Part shown: positions 46,103 through 55,594 of the stretch, one piece after another | Numbering within the stretch: the first letter of the stretch is position 1 | Layout: every line of letters begins with the position of its first letter | Assembly (NCBI GenBank): GCA_964472505.1 | Contig: CAYYQW010000011.1 | Span: 938 to 64,937 of the forward strand | DNA from: an uncultured Bacteroidaceae bacterium | Lineage (GTDB): Bacteria > Bacteroidota > Bacteroidia > Bacteroidales > JAADGE01 | Direction of reading: 5' to 3' | Length of the DNA stretch: 64,000 bases | Notes under the pieces: generated by a model | Database searches by the model: none | Told to the model about the DNA's origin: nothing | Seen by the model: the letters and a program-made list of their open reading frames with translations, nothing else | Made by a program: the position numbers and the translations under genes

Positions 46103-47818
46103 ATGAGTAACATGCAATTAAGCGAACAGGAACAAATCAGAAGACAATCTCTCGAAGAAATTAAAAAACTCGGTATCGATCCTTATCCGGCGGCGGAATA
46201 TAAGGTAACGCATTACAGTAAAAATATTGAGAAGAATTTTGATGACTTGGAAGGAAAAGAAGTACAAATAGCCGGGCGCATGATGAGCCGGCGCATTATG
46301 GGAAAAGCTTCTTTTGCCGAGATAACCGATGAAAAAGGCAGCATTCAGGTCTATTTTAATCGGGATGAAATATGTCCGGGCGAAGATAAAACACTCTATA
46401 ATAAGGTATTTAAAAAATATTTAGACCGCGGCGATATTATCGGCGTAAAAGGCACGGTTTTTAAAACTAAAATGGGCGAGATAACCGTAAAAGCCAAAGA
46501 ATATACCATCCTTTCAAAATCATTGAAACCTTTGCCCGCAGTAAAAGAAAAAGACGGGAAAGTATATGATGCTTTTTCCGACCCGGAGCAGCGTTATCGC
46601 CAACGTTATTTGGATTTGATTGTAAATCCGCAGGTAAAAGATGCCTTCATCAAACGCACGAAACTGACGACTTCCATGCGTGAGTTTTTAAACGATAAAG
46701 GATACATGGAAGTGGAAACTCCCATTTTGCAACCCATATACGGCGGTGCCGCAGCGCGTCCATTTAAGACACACCACAACAGTCTGGATATGACGCTGTA
46801 TTTGCGCATTGCCAATGAGTTGTATTTGAAAAAACTGATTGTGGGCGGTTTTGAAGGCGTATATGAATTTGCCAAAGACTTCAGAAACGAAGGCATGAGC
46901 CGTTTTCATAATCCGGAGTTCACCCAAATGGAACTCTACGTGGCTTATAAAGATTACGAGTGGATGATGAATTTGGTGGAAGAAATGGTAGAAAAAATTA
47001 CTTTGGATATGCACGGAAGTACCAAAATAAAAGTGGGCGAAAATGAAATTGATTTCAAACGCCCCTGGAAACGCTACACCATGTTTGAAGCCATTGAGCA
47101 TTTCACCGGCATGGATGTATCTGAAATGGATGAAGCCGAATTGCGCAAAACCGCCAAAGAATTGCATATAGAAATTGATGATTCCATGGGCGAAGGCAAG
47201 CTGATTGATGAAATTTTCGGTGAGAAATGCGAAGCGCAACTGATACAGCCTACTTTTATTACCGATTATCCGGTAGAAATGTCGCCGCTGGCCAAGAAAC
47301 ACCGCAGCAAAGTAGGTTTGGTCGAGCGTTTTGAGGCCGTATGCAACGGAAAAGAAATCTGCAATGCTTATTCGGAGTTGAACGACCCGATTGATCAGCG
47401 CAAGCGTTTTGAAGAACAACTCTTGTTGGCTGAACGCGGCGATGATGAAGCCATGATGCTGGACGAAGATTTTCTGAAAGCCATTGAAATTGGTATGCCG
47501 CCCACATCCGGTTTGGGTATCGGCATTGACCGCCTGTCAATGATTTTGACTAATTCACATTCCATTCAGGATGTGATATTCTTCCCGCAAATGAAGCCGG
47601 AAGCTAAAGCCCCGATTGACAGTCCGGAGAAATACGCCGAGAAAGGCATTCCGAAAGAGTGGGTTCCCGTTTTGCAAAAAATGGGATACAAAACCGTAGA
47701 AGCTTTGAAGGAAGCCAAAGCCGGCAAGTTGCATAATGATTTGTGCGGTATCAATAAAAAGGATAAACTCGGTTTTACCAATCCTACCATCGACCAGGTA
47801 AAAAGTTGGATATTATAA
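46103..47818 (+). CDS. lysS: Lysine--tRNA ligase (class II) with a ~70-aa C-terminal extension
   Basis: 571 aa. OB anticodon-binding domain, class II motifs (FRNEG, ...ELNDPIDQ..., GLGIGIDRL), then the extension [23 protein letters not shown]... Confidence 0.97.
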   Translation: MSNMQLSEQEQIRRQSLEEIKKLGIDPYPAAEYKVTHYSKNIEKNFDDLEGKEVQIAGRMMSRRIMGKASFAEITDEKGSIQVYFNRDEICPGEDKTLYNKVFKKYLDRGDIIGVKGTVFKTKMGEITVKAKEYTILSKSLKPLPAVKEKDGKVYDAFSDPEQRYRQRYLDLIVNPQVKDAFIKRTKLTTSMREFLNDKGYMEVETPILQPIYGGAAARPFKTHHNSLDMTLYLRIANELYLKKLIVGGFEGVYEFAKDFRNEGMSRFHNPEFTQMELYVAYKDYEWMMNLVEEMVEKITLDMHGSTKIKVGENEIDFKRPWKRYTMFEAIEHFTGMDVSEMDEAELRKTAKELHIEIDDSMGEGKLIDEIFGEKCEAQLIQPTFITDYPVEMSPLAKKHRSKVGLVERFEAVCNGKEICNAYSELNDPIDQRKRFEEQLLLAERGDDEAMMLDEDFLKAIEIGMPPTSGLGIGIDRLSMILTNSHSIQDVIFFPQMKPEAKAPIDSPEKYAEKGIPKEWVPVLQKMGYKTVEALKEAKAGKLHNDLCGINKKDKLGFTNPTIDQVKSWIL

Positions 47819-47836
47819 TTTTTTTGTTCTGATTTT

Positions 47837-49711
47837 TTGAAAGAGAAATCAAAAAAACAGTTTTCTCAACAGCAACTTATGGCTTTATTCAAACAAAAAT
47901 ATAAAGACGCTTTAGGGTATTTAATCCCGTATAAGTGGAATGTGCTATTGAATTTTTTGTTCAATGCATTGCAAATAATTTTTTCTCTATTTTCCCTTTT
48001 AATGATTATACCTTTTTTGCAGGTGCTTTTCGAAAAAACCAAACTCACCGGGGTAAGGCCGGAACCGGGACTTTCCGGTGATGCGCTCAGTGAATGGTTT
48101 AATTTTTATTTAAGTCAAATAATTATTGAAGAAGGAAAATCACAAGCTTTATTGTTTGTAAGCCTTTTTGTGGTTGTCATGATTCTTTTTAAAAATATTT
48201 TTCTTTATCTGTCTAAGTATTTCTTGGTAAATGTACGCAATGGCGTTGTAAAAGATATTCGGAACAATATTTACAGAAAAGTACTCCATTTACCGTTTTC
48301 TTATTTCAGCGAGGAGCGCAAAGGCGACATCATAAGCCGAATGACCAATGATATAAAGGAAGTGGAATGGACCGTTATCAGCTCCATTGAGCTGCTGTTT
48401 CGTAACCCCATGACCATCCTTTTTTATTTGGGTGCATTGTTTTATATGAGTCCGAGTCTTACCGGATTTGTTTTGATTATGGTAGGTGTTGCCGGTTTTA
48501 TTATCGGAAGAGTTGGGCGCTCATTGAAAAAATCATCGAAAGAGGCACAAGATAAAATGGGTACTTTACTTTCCACCATAGAAGAGACCCTTTCCGGTTT
48601 GCGTGTTATTAAGGCGTTTAATGCCGAGCGAATTATTAAAAATCGTTTTGAAGGCCAAAATATGGGTTACACCAAAACTATGAACCGAGTGTATCGTAAG
48701 AATTATTTGGCCTCGCCCATGAGTGAATTTTTGGGCGTACTGGTATTGGTTACGGTTATGTATTACGGCGGTTCCATGGTTTTAGGGAATGAAAGTGTGC
48801 TTTCGCCCGAAGCTTTTATCGGTTATATCGGAGTTTTTTCGCAAATTATAAATCCGGCCAAAACTTTCTCCACGGCCATGTACAACATTAACAAAGGCAT
48901 GGCTTCTATTGACCGAATTAATGATGTAATGCGCGCAAAAAATACCATAACGGAAAAAAACGATGCAAAAACCATTGAAGATTTTTCTGATGCCGTTGAA
49001 TATAAAGATGTTTCGTTTTCTTATGTGAATGATGAGCGTGTTTTGAAAAATATTAATCTTCGTTTGGAAAAAGGCAAAAGCTTAGCTCTCGTGGGCGAAT
49101 CCGGCTCCGGAAAATCCACCATTGCCGATTTGTTGCCCCGTTTCTACGATGTGAAAATCGGAGAGATTCTAATCGACGGAATTAATATAAAAGACTACAG
49201 AATCAAAGACCTGCGGAGTTTAATGGGGAATGTAAACCAGGAACCGATTTTATTCAATGATACCATATATAATAATATAACATTCGGTACGGAAGGCGTT
49301 TCGGAAGCAGATGTGATACAGGCTGCCAAAATTGCTAATGCACACGATTTTATAACGGCCTCCGAAAAAGGCTACCAAACCAATATCGGCGACAGCGGCT
49401 CCAAACTTTCCGGCGGGCAGCGCCAACGGCTGAGTATTGCTCGCGCCGTGCTTAAGAACCCGCCCATTATGATTCTGGACGAAGCCACTTCATCACTCGA
49501 TACCGAATCGGAACAGTTAGTACAAGAAGCCTTAAATAACCTGATGAAGCAAAGAACTTCTTTGATTATAGCTCACCGTCTGTCCACCGTGAAAAATGCC
49601 GATAAAATTTGTGTTATTTCCAAAGGCGAAATTATAGAAGAAGGCACCCATGATGAATTGATGCAACTCGGCGGAGCATATAAACGATTATACGAATTGC
49701 AAATATTTTAA
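47837..49711 (+). CDS. ABC transporter, fused permease/ATPase (MsbA/lipid-exporter-like)
   Basis: Six-TM ABC_membrane domain. Walker A GESGSGKST, signature LSGGQRQR, Walker B ILDEATSSLD. The start is uncertain: TTG at 47837 (track) or ATG at 47879. Confidence 0.9.
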   Translation: MKEKSKKQFSQQQLMALFKQKYKDALGYLIPYKWNVLLNFLFNALQIIFSLFSLLMIIPFLQVLFEKTKLTGVRPEPGLSGDALSEWFNFYLSQIIIEEGKSQALLFVSLFVVVMILFKNIFLYLSKYFLVNVRNGVVKDIRNNIYRKVLHLPFSYFSEERKGDIISRMTNDIKEVEWTVISSIELLFRNPMTILFYLGALFYMSPSLTGFVLIMVGVAGFIIGRVGRSLKKSSKEAQDKMGTLLSTIEETLSGLRVIKAFNAERIIKNRFEGQNMGYTKTMNRVYRKNYLASPMSEFLGVLVLVTVMYYGGSMVLGNESVLSPEAFIGYIGVFSQIINPAKTFSTAMYNINKGMASIDRINDVMRAKNTITEKNDAKTIEDFSDAVEYKDVSFSYVNDERVLKNINLRLEKGKSLALVGESGSGKSTIADLLPRFYDVKIGEILIDGINIKDYRIKDLRSLMGNVNQEPILFNDTIYNNITFGTEGVSEADVIQAAKIANAHDFITASEKGYQTNIGDSGSKLSGGQRQRLSIARAVLKNPPIMILDEATSSLDTESEQLVQEALNNLMKQRTSLIIAHRLSTVKNADKICVISKGEIIEEGTHDELMQLGGAYKRLYELQIF

Positions 49712-49724
49712 GTGTTCACCGGTT

Positions 49725-50543
49725 ATGAAAAATAAAGCCAAACTTCTGTTCAAGCGCATACGTTTTTATCTGAGTGCTCGTAACAGCATTTTTTTTCGAT
49801 GGTATTATTCCTTTTTATATTTTCCCGAAAAGGGAACCATATCTTATTTTTTAAATACTTATTCCTCACGCCGCAAAAATGATATCCGGTTTATTCAAAT
49901 CGGAGCCAACGACGGTATTACTTATGATTTAATACATAAATTCATAAAACGAGACGGTTGGAAAGGCGTTTTGCTTGAACCGCAATCTTATGTTTTTAAT
50001 AAATATTTGAAAAAATTATATCGTAAAGATAAAAATGTCCATCCTTTAAATGCCGCCATTGGTTATTCGGATGAAACAGCGAAACTTTATAAAATTGGTT
50101 TCAGTAATGCACGCTGGGCAACGGGTTTGGCTACTTTTAATAAAGATATGATTATAAAAGCTTATGAAAGTGGGCATGTTGACAGGCAGGCAAAAAAAAA
50201 TAATGAAACGGTTCCTGAAGACGACAGTTTGAAAATCAGCGAGGAAAAAGTGCGTGTTATCAGTCCGGCAAGTTTAACGGCTGAATATGATTTGCCCCGC
50301 ATTGACCTGCTTCAAATCGATGCCGAAGGCTTTGACTTTGAAGTAATCAAAATGTTTGATAAACAAGGCATTAATCCTCGTATAATGATTTTTGAGAGCA
50401 GTCACTTTTCCGATGCAGAATTTGAAGCATGCATGGCTTTTTTGAGAAACAGAAACTATCAAACCAAAACGGTTAAAGCCAATACCATAGCTATGATTGA
50501 GCCGGAGGGAGAATATTTGGATTTTTTTAATTCCGAAACTTAA
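49725..50543 (+). CDS. FkbM-family SAM-dependent methyltransferase
   Basis: 272 aa. FIQIGANDGITYD... and IDLLQIDAEGFDFEVIKMF are the FkbM-family signatures. It starts 13 nt after the ABC gene. Confidence 0.8.
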   Translation: MKNKAKLLFKRIRFYLSARNSIFFRWYYSFLYFPEKGTISYFLNTYSSRRKNDIRFIQIGANDGITYDLIHKFIKRDGWKGVLLEPQSYVFNKYLKKLYRKDKNVHPLNAAIGYSDETAKLYKIGFSNARWATGLATFNKDMIIKAYESGHVDRQAKKNNETVPEDDSLKISEEKVRVISPASLTAEYDLPRIDLLQIDAEGFDFEVIKMFDKQGINPRIMIFESSHFSDAEFEACMAFLRNRNYQTKTVKANTIAMIEPEGEYLDFFNSET

Positions 50544-50605
50544 TAAAACTTATGTTCGGCGCTTCTTGTTTTTGAGAAAATTGTATCTTTACAAGAAACA
50601 ATACA

Positions 50606-51049
50606 ATGAAAAGCAATTCGGTAGTCCTTTTTTTGTTTGCATTCTCAATAATTTTCAGCACTTTTTGTAATGCTCCCACAAAACTAAATTCACAATCTAT
50701 GTCGCCCAAGAATAAAACCTCCGTTCCCGCTTCCGACAGCACCCAAATAATCCGCGGTTTAATTGTGGAAAAGCCTTTTGTAAATAAAGTACGAAAGGCA
50801 TCCGACTTTAAAGAAATGTATTTTCGGCTTTCCGTTCAGGATTATTTTATCAAATTCTGCGAAAGCAAAATTACAAAAGCGCAACTCCAAGATTATCTCG
50901 ACAGCCTTCCGGAAGCCGGGCCTATGGGCCATAAAGCCGTAACACTCGAAATAGAAATCAAAAACGGCGAATGGGACAGCTGCGATGAAGAATACCCTGT
51001 TCAAAGTCGGGTGGGCGATTACATTGTTGTGTATAGAATTGTTATGTGA
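50606..51049 (+). CDS. Hypothetical secreted protein
   Basis: 147-aa ORF with a signal peptide (VVLFLFAFSIIFSTFCNA). No recognisable family. Confidence 0.6.
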   Translation: MKSNSVVLFLFAFSIIFSTFCNAPTKLNSQSMSPKNKTSVPASDSTQIIRGLIVEKPFVNKVRKASDFKEMYFRLSVQDYFIKFCESKITKAQLQDYLDSLPEAGPMGHKAVTLEIEIKNGEWDSCDEEYPVQSRVGDYIVVYRIVM

Positions 51050-51142
51050 GACTGAAATTCAACATAAAAACAACAGAATTACAGTAAATAGAAATATATT
51101 AACAATGAATTCAAATGTTAAATAATTATGTGAAAAGTAAAT

Positions 51143-51596
51143 GTGTTTACTGATACAAGTGTGTTGCTAAAAGCATTTCTTCAATATCGAAATTTACAAA
51201 AATGGGAAATAGAGAAATGATAATTAGCAGACTATTTGAACGATAAAAAAATAAAAGAGCTTCGACAAGAAAAGCGGATGTATAAAATATTTTTCTGAAT
51301 TTCGAACAATGATAAATCATTTTAAGAAAGAAATTTGTAGTTGTATAGATGTATTTTCAATCACAAATGAAAGTCATAATATTTTCACATCCTACAAGTC
51401 AAACGGATTTGTTAGAGATACTGCAATTCCATCAGAGGATTTTGAAATTGTTTATTGTGCAACAAGGGTTCAGGCGCAGATATTTTTAACGGATGATAAA
51501 TATCTCGTTAGGTGTTCTAAAAGTTTGGGACTTAATAATATATTATCCCCTACAGTTTTTTGTGAAAGCAAAATCAGATTAATCTATATAAAATAA
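51143..51596 (+). pseudogene. Decayed PIN-domain (VapC-like) toxin gene
   Basis: The N-terminal motif (V/M)FTDTSVLLKAF is in one frame (51143-51217, then TGA). The C-terminal motif DFEIVYCATRVQAQIFLTDDKYLVRC is in another frame (track ORF 51309-51596). The combined span of about 150 codons fits a PIN protein. Only about 90 bp lie upstream, too short for an antitoxin. Confidence 0.5.
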
Positions 51597-51604
51597 ACAA
51601 ATCT

Positions 51605-52132
51605 ATGATTTTAAATCTACTTAAAAGAATTACAAAATCTCTTGATTTGAAAAAAATCCCCTATATGCTTTCGGGAAGTATTGCGTTAAATAGCTATACA
51701 GTTCCGCGTATGACAATGGATATTGATATAGTTGTTGAATTGCATGAAGAAAATCTAAACGACTTTCTATCTATTTTTGGAGATAATTATTACTTGAATA
51801 AAGATGCAGTAAAAGAAGAGACTAAGCGTTTGGGAATGTTTAATGTAATTGACCATGAAACAGGTTTTAAAGTAGATTTTATAATTCGCAAAAACACAGA
51901 ATATCGAAAATTTGAATTTCAAAGAAGGTTGAAGACAAAGATTGCTGATTTTGATGTTTGGATTGTTTCGCCGGAAGATTTAGCAATCTCAAAAATTGAA
52001 TGGATACAGCAACTTCAAAGCGATAAACAAATAAGTGATATAGAAAATTTGTTGGCAAAACCTGAAATTGATAAACAATATATTGAAAAATGGTGTAGGA
52101 AATTAAATTTAAAAACTTTTAATCTATTATAA
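51605..52132 (+). CDS. Pol-beta-superfamily nucleotidyltransferase-like protein (175 aa)
   Basis: Minimal NTase signatures in order: hG[GS] (YMLSGSIALNSY), DxD (MTMDIDIVVEL), third acidic strand (FKVDFII). A helical C-terminal part follows (SPEDLAISKIEWIQQLQSDKQISDIENLL). Confidence 0.7.
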   Translation: MILNLLKRITKSLDLKKIPYMLSGSIALNSYTVPRMTMDIDIVVELHEENLNDFLSIFGDNYYLNKDAVKEETKRLGMFNVIDHETGFKVDFIIRKNTEYRKFEFQRRLKTKIADFDVWIVSPEDLAISKIEWIQQLQSDKQISDIENLLAKPEIDKQYIEKWCRKLNLKTFNLL

Positions 52133-52133
52133 A

Positions 52134-52433
52134 ATGCTTGATACTACACCTGAAATGGTTCAAAAACAAAGAGAGATTCTCTTTTCAAAAACATCAAATG
52201 AGCGTTTTTTAATTGGAGCCGAAACTATTGCCTTTGGACGTGTAATGGTTGAAAGTAGTATAAAACAACAAGAACCTGAAATATCAGAATTAGATTTGAA
52301 AATTTCAGTTTTCAAACGTTATTACGGAAGTGTTTACAGTAAACTTGAACTTGAAAAAATAATTAACTCGATGAAATACTATTATCTGCATCGTGATGAA
52401 ATATTAAACAAAAGCACACAAGATTGCATTTGA
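52134..52433 (+). CDS. Hypothetical 99-aa protein, translationally coupled partner of the nucleotidyltransferase
   Basis: The ATG is 1 nt after the NTase TAA (ttaTAAaATG). The sequence looks helical. No Rx4-6H HEPN motif and no obvious HTH/RHH. Confidence 0.6.
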   Translation: MLDTTPEMVQKQREILFSKTSNERFLIGAETIAFGRVMVESSIKQQEPEISELDLKISVFKRYYGSVYSKLELEKIINSMKYYYLHRDEILNKSTQDCI

Positions 52434-52495
52434 AGCAATTTTCATTTTTTTACTTTGCCGCAGGAGCAACTCAAAGCAGTCAAAAAATACCAATT

Positions 52496-53620
52496 ATGCG
52501 CCCAAAAGTATTAGTTATCAGCAATTACAAAGCTACGCACACCGTGCGGCCCGAAGCCGAGATTTTTATCGGACTGGCCGATTTGGGTTTCGACATTCAC
52601 ATAATGACCGACAAATCAGCCGAATATGTTGAGAAATTTGAGAAGGTCGGCATTAAAGTGATTGATTTTCTTCCCAAAAAGAAATTCGATAAACAGGAAA
52701 TAGCCTATATTCGGGAAGCTTTGCAGCGCGAAAAATACGACATCATGCACCTGTTTACCAATACAGCAGCCGTGAACGGTATCAGAGCTGCCAAGGGTTT
52801 ACCTGTAAAGCTGTTGCTGTATCGCGGCTATACCGGAAACATTAGTTGGTGGGATCCGACCATGTACATAAAGTTTCTGAATCCGCGTGTAGATAAGATT
52901 TTCTGCAATTCAAAAGGGGTGGAAGAGCTCTTTCACAGACAGTTATTTTTTGACAAATCAAAAGCCGTAACCATAAACAAAGGGCATGACCTTGCGTGGT
53001 ATGAAGATTATGAACCTTTGGATATCAGAAAAGAATTAGATTTGCCCGAAGATGCTTTTTTGATGATAAATGTATCGAACAATCGACGTATGAAAGGTAT
53101 TCCTTATCTTATGAAAGCCATGAATTTATTGCCTTCGGAAGCAAATATTCATCTGCTTATGGCCGGCAGAGATTTGGATTCTTCCCAAAATATAAAGTTG
53201 CTTGAAAAAGGCTTAAACAGAGATAAAGTGCATTTTCTTGGTTTTCGTAAAGATGTTTTGAACATTGTGGCAGCTTGCGATTTGTTTGTACTCCCGTCAA
53301 TCAAAGGGGAATCCATTACAAAATCGGTGATAGAATCTATGTCGCTTGGTACGCCGGCTTTAATTACCGATATTCCGGGCAACCGAGAACTTTTGGAACA
53401 TGAAACAAGCGGCCTAAAAGTGCCGCGCAAAAACCCCAAAGCCTTGGCCGATGCCATGATGCGGTTGTATAATAACCAAAAGTTTTGCAGTGAATTGGGC
53501 AGAAACGCAAAACAATACATTCACGAGCATTTGAATACCCGACAAACCGTTCAAAAAACTAAAGCCCTCTACGAAGGACTTTTGAACGTCCGACAGGACT
53601 TCAAAACGTCCGGTCGATAA
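52496..53620 (+). CDS. Glycosyltransferase, GT-B fold (family 4/1-like)
   Basis: The ATG at 52496 (MRPKVLVISNY...) is preferred. The C-terminal domain carries the E-x7-E-like motif (GESITKSVIESMSLGTPALITDIPGNRELLEHETSG). The last 15 codons and the stop are supplied by repeat unit 1. Confidence 0.9.
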   Translation: MRPKVLVISNYKATHTVRPEAEIFIGLADLGFDIHIMTDKSAEYVEKFEKVGIKVIDFLPKKKFDKQEIAYIREALQREKYDIMHLFTNTAAVNGIRAAKGLPVKLLLYRGYTGNISWWDPTMYIKFLNPRVDKIFCNSKGVEELFHRQLFFDKSKAVTINKGHDLAWYEDYEPLDIRKELDLPEDAFLMINVSNNRRMKGIPYLMKAMNLLPSEANIHLLMAGRDLDSSQNIKLLEKGLNRDKVHFLGFRKDVLNIVAACDLFVLPSIKGESITKSVIESMSLGTPALITDIPGNRELLEHETSGLKVPRKNPKALADAMMRLYNNQKFCSELGRNAKQYIHEHLNTRQTVQKTKALYEGLLNVRQDFKTSGR

Positions 53621-53721
53621 GAAGGATTTTTGAACGTCCGACAGAACTTCAAAACGTCCGGTCGGTAAGAAAAGAAGGATTTCTGAACCTCTGCCGGGAC
53701 TTCAAAACATCCGGTTGTGTC
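53573..53721. repeat. Three tandem 48-bp hairpin-forming repeat units (REP-like intergenic element)
   Basis: Unit 1 at 53573-53620: gaaggacttttgaacgtccgacaggacttcaaaacgtccggtcgataa. Unit 2 at 53621-53668 differs at 3 positions. A 5-nt spacer follows. Unit 3 at 53674-53721 is degenerate. Each core folds as GGAC-TTTTGAA-c-GTCC / loop / GGAC-TTCAAAA-c-GTCC. Confidence 0.8.
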
Positions 53722-53831
53722 CGATGTGATTTTTCAAGCACTTACAAAGTCAAAACCACCCAATTAAGACATTATTTAAAGAAAAATAACTTACATTTGC
53801 AAATCAGTAAGTAACAAAAACAAAATCGGCT

Positions 53832-55490
53832 GTGCTAAAAAAGTTATCGGTAAAAAATTATGCGCTAATTGACTCGCTTGAAATGCAATTCAATTCGGGC
53901 TTTTCGGTGATTACCGGAGAAACCGGTGCCGGAAAATCCATACTGTTGGGTGCGTTGTCGCTTATACTGGGAAACCGTGCCGACAGCAGCGCATTGAAAA
54001 ATCAGGAACAAAAATGTATCATCGAAGGGCATTATGATATTAGTGCTTTTGCTTTGCAGGATTTTTTTATTCGTGAAGAGTTGGATTATTTTGATACAGC
54101 TATTTTGCGACGAGAAATCAGCCCTCAAGGCCGCTCCAGAGCGTTTATAAATGACAGCCCGGTAAATCTTAATTTGCTCAAAGAATTGGGCGATTTGCTA
54201 ACCGATATTCATTCGCAGCACCATAATTTAGCCTTGCGCGATCATAAGTTTCAGCTCTATGCTTTGGATGCTTTTGCCGGTTTATCCGATGAGCTCAGTA
54301 CATACGCCAAAATGTATCGGGAGTATAAAGAAAGTCTGCATAAACTTTCCGAATTGCAAAAAGCCGCCGAAGCCGAGCGCGAAGAACAGGACTATTACCA
54401 ATTTAGATACGACGAGCTGGAAAAAGCCAATTTAAAACCCGGCGAGCAGGAAGAATTGGAAGAGCAGAGTAATTTGATGGAACATGCCGCCGAAATTAAG
54501 CAGACATACGCTCGTGTATTTGAGTCGCTCTCAGGCGATGAACTGAGTGTTTCCGAACGCCTTACCGACTGTGTTCATGCTTTGGATGAAATTGAAAATT
54601 ATTTGCCCGAAATACGCGAATATAAAGAGCGAATTCGGAGTAGCCAAATTGATTTGGCAGATATCGCCTCCGATCTTGAAACACGTGGGCAAGATGTTGA
54701 ATACAGCCCCGAAGAAGCCGAAGCCGTACGTAACCGTTTGGATACCATTTATGAACTGCAAAAAAAGCATCGAACAGATTCGGTTGAGGAACTGCTTAAG
54801 GTAAAACAGGATTTGCATGATAAGTTAGAGAACATTTCTTCTTTTGATGACCATATAAAACAACTTAAAAATCAAACAGAGCAGCAGAAAGAACAGCTTG
54901 ATATTGCGGCCGAAAAAATCAGCACGCAACGCCGAACAGCCCAAAAACCTTTAGAAAAGGAAATCGGCAGTTTGCTGCAAAGGCTTGGAATGCCTAATGC
55001 CTTGTTTTCCATACAAATTACGGAAAAAGAACAGTTGGCAGAAAGCGGAAAAGATGATGTGGCATTTTTGTTTTCAGCCAATAAAAACAACCATCCGGAC
55101 GAAATCTCAAAAATTGCTTCCGGCGGTGAGATATCTCGTTTAATGCTAAGTTTAAAAGCCGTAATAGCCGGTTCGGTAAATCTGCCGACCATTATTTTCG
55201 ATGAGATAGATACCGGCATATCCGGCGATATAGCCGATAAAACCGGGAACATCATGCGACAGATGTCTCAAAATATGCAAGTAATAGATATTACGCATTT
55301 GCCGCAAATTGCTGCCAAGGCCGATACACACTACGTAGTGTATAAAATCGAGCAAAATAATACTGCACATACCAAAGTAAAGCAAGTAAGCGGAGATGAA
55401 CGCACGAATGAAATAGCCAAAATGCTTAGCGGAGAGAATATTACCGATGCAGCCGTGAAAAATGCGCATGCATTATTACAGAGTATATAA
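53832..55490 (+). CDS. recN: DNA repair protein RecN (GTG start)
   Basis: 552 aa. VLKKLSVKNYALIDSLEMQF, Walker A GETGAGKSIL, long coiled coil, C-terminal signature/Walker B (SGGEISRLMLSLK...IIFDEIDTGISG). Confidence 0.95.
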   Translation: MLKKLSVKNYALIDSLEMQFNSGFSVITGETGAGKSILLGALSLILGNRADSSALKNQEQKCIIEGHYDISAFALQDFFIREELDYFDTAILRREISPQGRSRAFINDSPVNLNLLKELGDLLTDIHSQHHNLALRDHKFQLYALDAFAGLSDELSTYAKMYREYKESLHKLSELQKAAEAEREEQDYYQFRYDELEKANLKPGEQEELEEQSNLMEHAAEIKQTYARVFESLSGDELSVSERLTDCVHALDEIENYLPEIREYKERIRSSQIDLADIASDLETRGQDVEYSPEEAEAVRNRLDTIYELQKKHRTDSVEELLKVKQDLHDKLENISSFDDHIKQLKNQTEQQKEQLDIAAEKISTQRRTAQKPLEKEIGSLLQRLGMPNALFSIQITEKEQLAESGKDDVAFLFSANKNNHPDEISKIASGGEISRLMLSLKAVIAGSVNLPTIIFDEIDTGISGDIADKTGNIMRQMSQNMQVIDITHLPQIAAKADTHYVVYKIEQNNTAHTKVKQVSGDERTNEIAKMLSGENITDAAVKNAHALLQSI

Positions 55491-55594
55491 ACTGTTTTCT
55501 TAAAGTTTAAGAAAGAAATTATTTTTAAATAAGAAAAATATTATAATTTAGAGGCCTGTACTTACAGTTTTTTTTAAAATAAAAAATAAGCATT

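Noticed and set aside
46688-47419. 243-aa ORF on the - strand inside lysS
   Set aside because: It is an antisense shadow of a GAA/AAA-rich gene, giving a Phe/His/Ile-rich nonsense protein. The lysS identification is unambiguous.
50192-50200. A9 homopolymer inside the FkbM methyltransferase gene as a phase-variation switch
   Set aside because: Runs of 8-9 A/T are common in this AT-rich genome, even in essential genes (for example two T9 runs in lipB at 43416-43439), so the tract alone is not evidence of phase variation.
51309-51596. 95-aa ORF as an intact stand-alone gene
   Set aside because: It contains only the C-terminal half of a PIN fold. The matching N-terminal motif sits upstream in a different frame behind a stop, so I treated it as part of a pseudogene.
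53573-53721. Possible CRISPR array
   Set aside because: The units are directly abutting (48-bp period with at most a 5-nt gap), so there are no unique spacers. No cas genes are in the window. I classified it as a REP-like tandem repeat instead.
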